DNA of 16,600 nucleotides from Candidatus Helarchaeota archaeon. GTDB taxonomy: Archaea > Asgardarchaeota > Lokiarchaeia > Helarchaeales > RDOG01. The first letter of the stretch is position 1. Every line of letters starts with the position of its first letter. The stretch spans positions 1 to 16,600 of the forward strand of contig JALGVI010000071.1 of assembly GCA_029838215.1 (NCBI GenBank), in the 5' to 3' direction. A program made the translations under genes and the position numbers. Below the pieces are notes generated by a model that ran no database searches, was not told the origin of the DNA, and saw nothing but the letters and a program-made list of their open reading frames with translations. Shown in pieces: positions 12,814 through 16,600 of this stretch.

Positions 12814-14805
12814 TCACAGCGTTTTTTTTGCCTTTTTGTTGGAAAATGCAATCCGAAAGCTGTTTAGAATTACAAATAAAGAAACGCCGAAGTCGCCAAT
12901 CCCAACTGCAATCCATAGAGTCATCAAGCCGAATATTGCTAAGATTAAGAATAGAAATTTTACGGCTACTGCAATGATGATGTTTTGTCTAATTATGGAT
13001 AGTGTTTTTTTAGAGATATTCAAGAGCGTGGTGAGCGAGCCGAGGTTATCGTTAATCAAAACGATGTCTGATGTTTCCAAGGTAACATCACTTCCCGTTC
13101 CTCCCATGGCAATGCCAACAGTCGCCGTTGCGAGTGCAGGCGCATCATTCACTCCATCACCTACCATGATCACGTTTTCACCCCGTGACATCATGTCCTT
13201 TATGAACTGCTGCTTTTCGTGAGGTTTTAGTTCCGAGTGTCCTTCATCAATATCAAGTCTCTGTTTAAGTGCTTCTACGGTTTGCGCGTTATCTCCGGAT
13301 AAGACCATGGTTTGCATGCCCTTCTTCTTGAGATCATGAATGACTTCTCTTGATTCGTCCCGCAACTTGTCTTGGAGCGTGATGATGCCCAAACTAGCCT
13401 TGTCTGACCCGAAAAGCACGACCGTTTTTCCCGCTTGTTCCAAAGAAGCCATCTGTTTTTCGGGAATCTGCACCCCCAACTCACGAAACAGTGCTTTATT
13501 GCCCAAATAATATGTCTTGCCGTCATGTTTCCCCGTCACTCCACTTCCTGCTATCCCCTTGAAGTCCGTGATTTGAACCGGCTCCACGTGCATGTTCGTC
13601 AATTCATTAACAATGGCTTTAGAAATGGGGTGTTCTGATAATGATTCCAATCCTGCAACCAGCCTTAACCAGTAATCTGAGTGATCGGTCAGATCAATCA
13701 GGTCCTTCACTTGCAACGTCCCCCTTGTAAGCGTGCCCGTCTTGTCGAAGACAATAACTCTTGGGTCATTTAATAACTCAACGTATTTCCCACCCTTTAT
13801 CACGATTCCATTTTTTGCACCGCTGGTCAATGCCGTGACCATTGAAATGGGCGTCGACAAAACCAAAGCACATGGACAGGAAATGACCAGAAGCATTAAT
13901 CCTCGATAGAGCCATTGATCCCATAAAAAAGGGTTTAATATAGTTGGAATTATTATGAAGAGTGCCGCCATTGTAATGACAATGGGCATGTAATATTTTG
14001 CAAACTTATCCACGAATTTTTCCGTTTCAGACTTATTTGATTTGGCTTCCTTGATGGTTTCCTCGATTTTTGCGAGTAACGTATTTTTGGCTCCTTTGGA
14101 AACCTCCACCTCAATGTAACCTTCGTTATTAATGGTCCCTGCATAGACTTCATCACCGATTTGCTTGTAAACGGGAACCGCTTCTCCCGTCAGGGTAGAC
14201 TCATTAATGCTCGTGCTTCCCGAAGCGATGATGCCATCCAATGGAATGTTTTCCCCGGGCTTGATCTGAATGATCGAACCGATCTTGACATTGTGAGTGT
14301 GGAGTTCCTCAAATGACCCATTAACCTTCACCATTGCTGTTTCAGGAATGAGTTTCACGAGCGACTTGATGGACTTTTTGGAGCGATCGCCCGCATATTC
14401 TTCCAAAAATTCTGCAATGAAAAACAAAAACATCGCAGCCGCTCCTTCGCTTCCATGACCAATTATAAAAGAACCAATCGCTGCAATCGTCATTAAAAGA
14501 TTGATCGAAATTCGCTTTTCCAATACCTTTTCAATGCCTTCTTTAGCAATTTCAAATCCGCTGATGGACGCCGTGAGCAAGGCAAAAATCTGCCCCCAAA
14601 TAAAGATGAAAAAGGCAGGCTGAACAGCACCCGCTGATTCGACAAACTGTGAAAAGAAATCCAACGCGATCGCAGGAATGAGAAATAATCCCGAAAAAGC
14701 AATCATCAAACCAATTTTTAGCCGCTCGAATTTTTCTTCTTTATCGTCTTCTTCAAGCTCGAGCTGACAAATTTCGCAAGCACCCGACAAGTGGTATTCA
14801 CCCAT
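12814..14805 (-). CDS. Heavy-metal-translocating P1B-type ATPase, P1B-2 (Zn/Cd/Pb) subtype
   Basis: LTGEA (TGE), CPC in the metal-binding helix, DKTGTLT phosphorylation site, SEHP, SGDN, GDGVNDAP. The C-terminal helices carry the P1B-2 signatures T-x5-QN-x7-K (KTLSIIRQNIIIAVAVK) and D-x-G-x7-N (GDFGVSLFVILN). Confidence 0.93.
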   Translation of the reverse strand: MGEYHLSGACEICQLELEEDDKEEKFERLKIGLMIAFSGLFLIPAIALDFFSQFVESAGAVQPAFFIFIWGQIFALLTASISGFEIAKEGIEKVLEKRISINLLMTIAAIGSFIIGHGSEGAAAMFLFFIAEFLEEYAGDRSKKSIKSLVKLIPETAMVKVNGSFEELHTHNVKIGSIIQIKPGENIPLDGIIASGSTSINESTLTGEAVPVYKQIGDEVYAGTINNEGYIEVEVSKGAKNTLLAKIEETIKEAKSNKSETEKFVDKFAKYYMPIVITMAALFIIIPTILNPFLWDQWLYRGLMLLVISCPCALVLSTPISMVTALTSGAKNGIVIKGGKYVELLNDPRVIVFDKTGTLTRGTLQVKDLIDLTDHSDYWLRLVAGLESLSEHPISKAIVNELTNMHVEPVQITDFKGIAGSGVTGKHDGKTYYLGNKALFRELGVQIPEKQMASLEQAGKTVVLFGSDKASLGIITLQDKLRDESREVIHDLKKKGMQTMVLSGDNAQTVEALKQRLDIDEGHSELKPHEKQQFIKDMMSRGENVIMVGDGVNDAPALATATVGIAMGGTGSDVTLETSDIVLINDNLGSLTTLLNISKKTLSIIRQNIIIAVAVKFLFLILAIFGLMTLWIAVGIGDFGVSLFVILNSFRIAFSNKKAKKTL

Positions 14806-14825
14806 ATATCAAATGTTAATACCCC

Positions 14826-14833
14826 TTTTAAAA
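14826..14833 (-). promoter_or_regulatory. TATA box (TTTTAAAA) for a probably leaderless P1B-ATPase transcript
   Basis: Lies 21-28 nt upstream of the ATG at 14805, with no ribosome-binding site in between. Confidence 0.45.
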
Positions 14834-15209
14834 TTTTGGTACAAACACGAAAATCTATTAAGAAACGCAACTAAATTATCCGCAAGTTATTAAATTTTTG
14901 CCCTGAGTTATTAAAACCTACTAAAATTTCGAAAAAATTTATTATCAAGATGATAACAAGATTCGTTTTTCACTGAGAACTAAAAATCAAAATGTCGCAA
15001 GCTTTTAGAATATAAAACATAACTCAAACCGTGCAAAAACCTGACCCAACCACGCCTTCAATTCTCAAAAATGATCGTTAAATGCTTCGAAAATTCATCA
15101 ATTGCCAAGCATCTTCTTGTTCGAGTAATTGTTTAATAAAAAGAAATCATTCCAACCTAGAAAATTAATTCATTATTGTTTAAGGCAAAAATCATTTCGG
15201 TGAAAACAC

Positions 15210-16600
15210 GTGGATGTCTTCTTCAAACCCAAATCCGTTGCCGTTCTGGGCGTGTCTCGAAACCCGCGCAAAGACGGTAATAACATATTGCGAAATCTGA
15301 TGATGAGAAATTCACTCAAACTATATCCCATTAATCCTTTTGCGGATGAAATCTTGGGGATAAAGGCTTATCCTTCAGTCCTCGATGTTCCCAATTCCAT
15401 CGACCTCGCAATAATATTCGTTCCTCCGGATAAGGCGCTCCAAGCCGTAAAAGACTGCGTGAAGAAACCCGTCAAGGCAATACTCATCGAATCTTCAGGT
15501 TTTAATGAAGTGGGAAATTGGCAGCTATTCGACGAAATTAGAAAAATGACAAAAGACGCAGGCATTCGCGTTTGGGGACCAAATTGCACCGGTTACGTGG
15601 ATTTTCACGAACAACTCTACACGTCCTTTGCTCGCATGGAAGAAATGCTCGAAGACCTCGATGTTGAAAAACTCAAGGGAAACGTTTCGCTGATTTCTCA
15701 GAGCGGAATGATCGCAGGCGGAATGATGTTTGAAATCATATCAGGGAAATTATTGAAAATAAACAAGATCTGTGCCATTGGTAACAAGTTAGACATAAAC
15801 GAGTGCGACATCCTGGAATTCCTTGCTTCAGATCCCAATACCGAAGTCATAGGAATGTACCTTGAGGGCTTTGCCGATGGAAAGCGATTCCTCAAGTTAG
15901 CACGGGAAATCACGGCGAAAAAACCAATCGTCCTACTAAAAGGAGGACAATCCGAAAGCGGCTCGAAAGCAGCAATGTCCCATACGGGCAGCATTTCGGG
16001 TAAAAGCGAACACCTCGAAGGCATTTTCAAGCAGGTGGGCATCATCCAAGTTGATGACTTCATGGAACTACTAAACGTGCTGAACGTCCTATCAATGTTC
16101 AAGGAAAACGAAATCGCGATTCCCGCAAGAGCACGCGTGCAAATCGTCACGATCTCGGGCGGCGCAGGAGTTGTTCTCTCAGATCACGTTGAAAAAGATG
16201 AAAACTTGTCCTTGGCAACTCATTCCGAAAAAACGAAACAAAAAATCGCAAAAGCATTTCCCGAATGGATGGTCACGGGTCGGGAAAACCCCTGCGACAT
16301 CTGGCCCGCCATCGAAATCAAAGGCCCGTTCGTGATATCCGACATCGTGACGGCTCTCCTCAAGGATGAAAACATCGACATCATCGTGATGACGATCTTT
16401 GCAGCACGGATCAAGGAATGGAAGATGTTTCAGAAAGAACTCTTCGGCAAGTTCACGCGAAGATATAAAAAACCCGTATTCTGCTGGATACTCGGCGAAT
16501 ACACCGAATTCGACTCGCTTCGCATCGAACTGAGTGAAGTCGGAATCCCGCTCTTCTGGAGCATCCAAACACTCATGTCAATGGTCTCAAAAACCTGCTC
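15210..16600 (+). CDS. ADP-forming acyl-CoA synthetase (acetate-CoA ligase family) alpha chain, 3'-truncated by the window edge
   Basis: Not in the ORF track because there is no stop in the window. Translated by hand from GTG 15210, which has a GGTGA ribosome-binding site at 15199-15203 and an in-frame TGA upstream. The frame is open to 16600: FFKPKSVAVLGVS, LYPINP, IDLAIIFVP, GPNCTG, SLISQSG, IGNKLD, MYLEG, KPIVLLKGG, AAMSHTGS (phospho-His, codon 15981-15983), ISGGAGV, NPCDI. Confidence 0.92.
   Translation, partial: MDVFFKPKSVAVLGVSRNPRKDGNNILRNLMMRNSLKLYPINPFADEILGIKAYPSVLDVPNSIDLAIIFVPPDKALQAVKDCVKKPVKAILIESSGFNEVGNWQLFDEIRKMTKDAGIRVWGPNCTGYVDFHEQLYTSFARMEEMLEDLDVEKLKGNVSLISQSGMIAGGMMFEIISGKLLKINKICAIGNKLDINECDILEFLASDPNTEVIGMYLEGFADGKRFLKLAREITAKKPIVLLKGGQSESGSKAAMSHTGSISGKSEHLEGIFKQVGIIQVDDFMELLNVLNVLSMFKENEIAIPARARVQIVTISGGAGVVLSDHVEKDENLSLATHSEKTKQKIAKAFPEWMVTGRENPCDIWPAIEIKGPFVISDIVTALLKDENIDIIVMTIFAARIKEWKMFQKELFGKFTRRYKKPVFCWILGEYTEFDSLRIELSEVGIPLFWSIQTLMSMVSKTC

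Noticed and set aside
14950-15044. C/D-box sRNA-like words (ATGATAA ... CTGA ... CTGA)
   Set aside because: The C box is imperfect, there is no C' box, the span is too long for a typical archaeal C/D guide, and there is no terminal stem.
177-16568. The many 60-150 aa ORFs in the track that lie antisense to or frame-shifted within the called genes (e.g. 177-440, 2976-3301, 8152-8790, 11890-12813, 15698-16568)
   Set aside because: They overlap well-supported genes, lack family motifs and read like shadow frames. The minus-strand ORFs at 15368-16568 are antisense to the acyl-CoA synthetase that the track missed.

Overview
An archaeal, protein-coding window, probably from an Asgard archaeon. That assignment is an inference from the methanogen-type SerRS, R15P-isomerase-like gene, ADP-forming acyl-CoA synthetase, DUF3368/UPF0175 pair, TATA-like promoters and GGTGA/GGAG ribosome-binding sites. 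It holds 15 supportable CDSs: RHH regulator, GYD-domain protein, an aspartokinase + class I aminotransferase operon, a PIN/UPF0175 toxin-antitoxin pair in reversed order, a polytopic membrane protein + alpha/beta hydrolase, type-2 SerRS, a stand-alone corrinoid protein, a sugar-phosphate cluster (NagB-PIG-L fusion, eIF2B-family isomerase, divergent GHMP kinase), a P1B-2 ATPase, and an ADP-forming acyl-CoA synthetase alpha chain. The last runs off the right edge and is absent from the ORF track. The most striking observation is the 'hypothetical' membrane protein at 4750-5643. It carries the ordered motifs of eukaryotic CLN6, the ER membrane protein of Batten disease (YYFDEFLSH, EGQ, FLFS), and sits in an apparent operon with a lipase-like hydrolase. 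The CLN6 comparison uses a sequence recalled from memory and needs a profile search. The second lead is the kinase / NagB-deacetylase / isomerase cluster, in which all three enzymes have non-canonical active-site motifs. No rRNA, tRNA, CRISPR array or transposase was seen.
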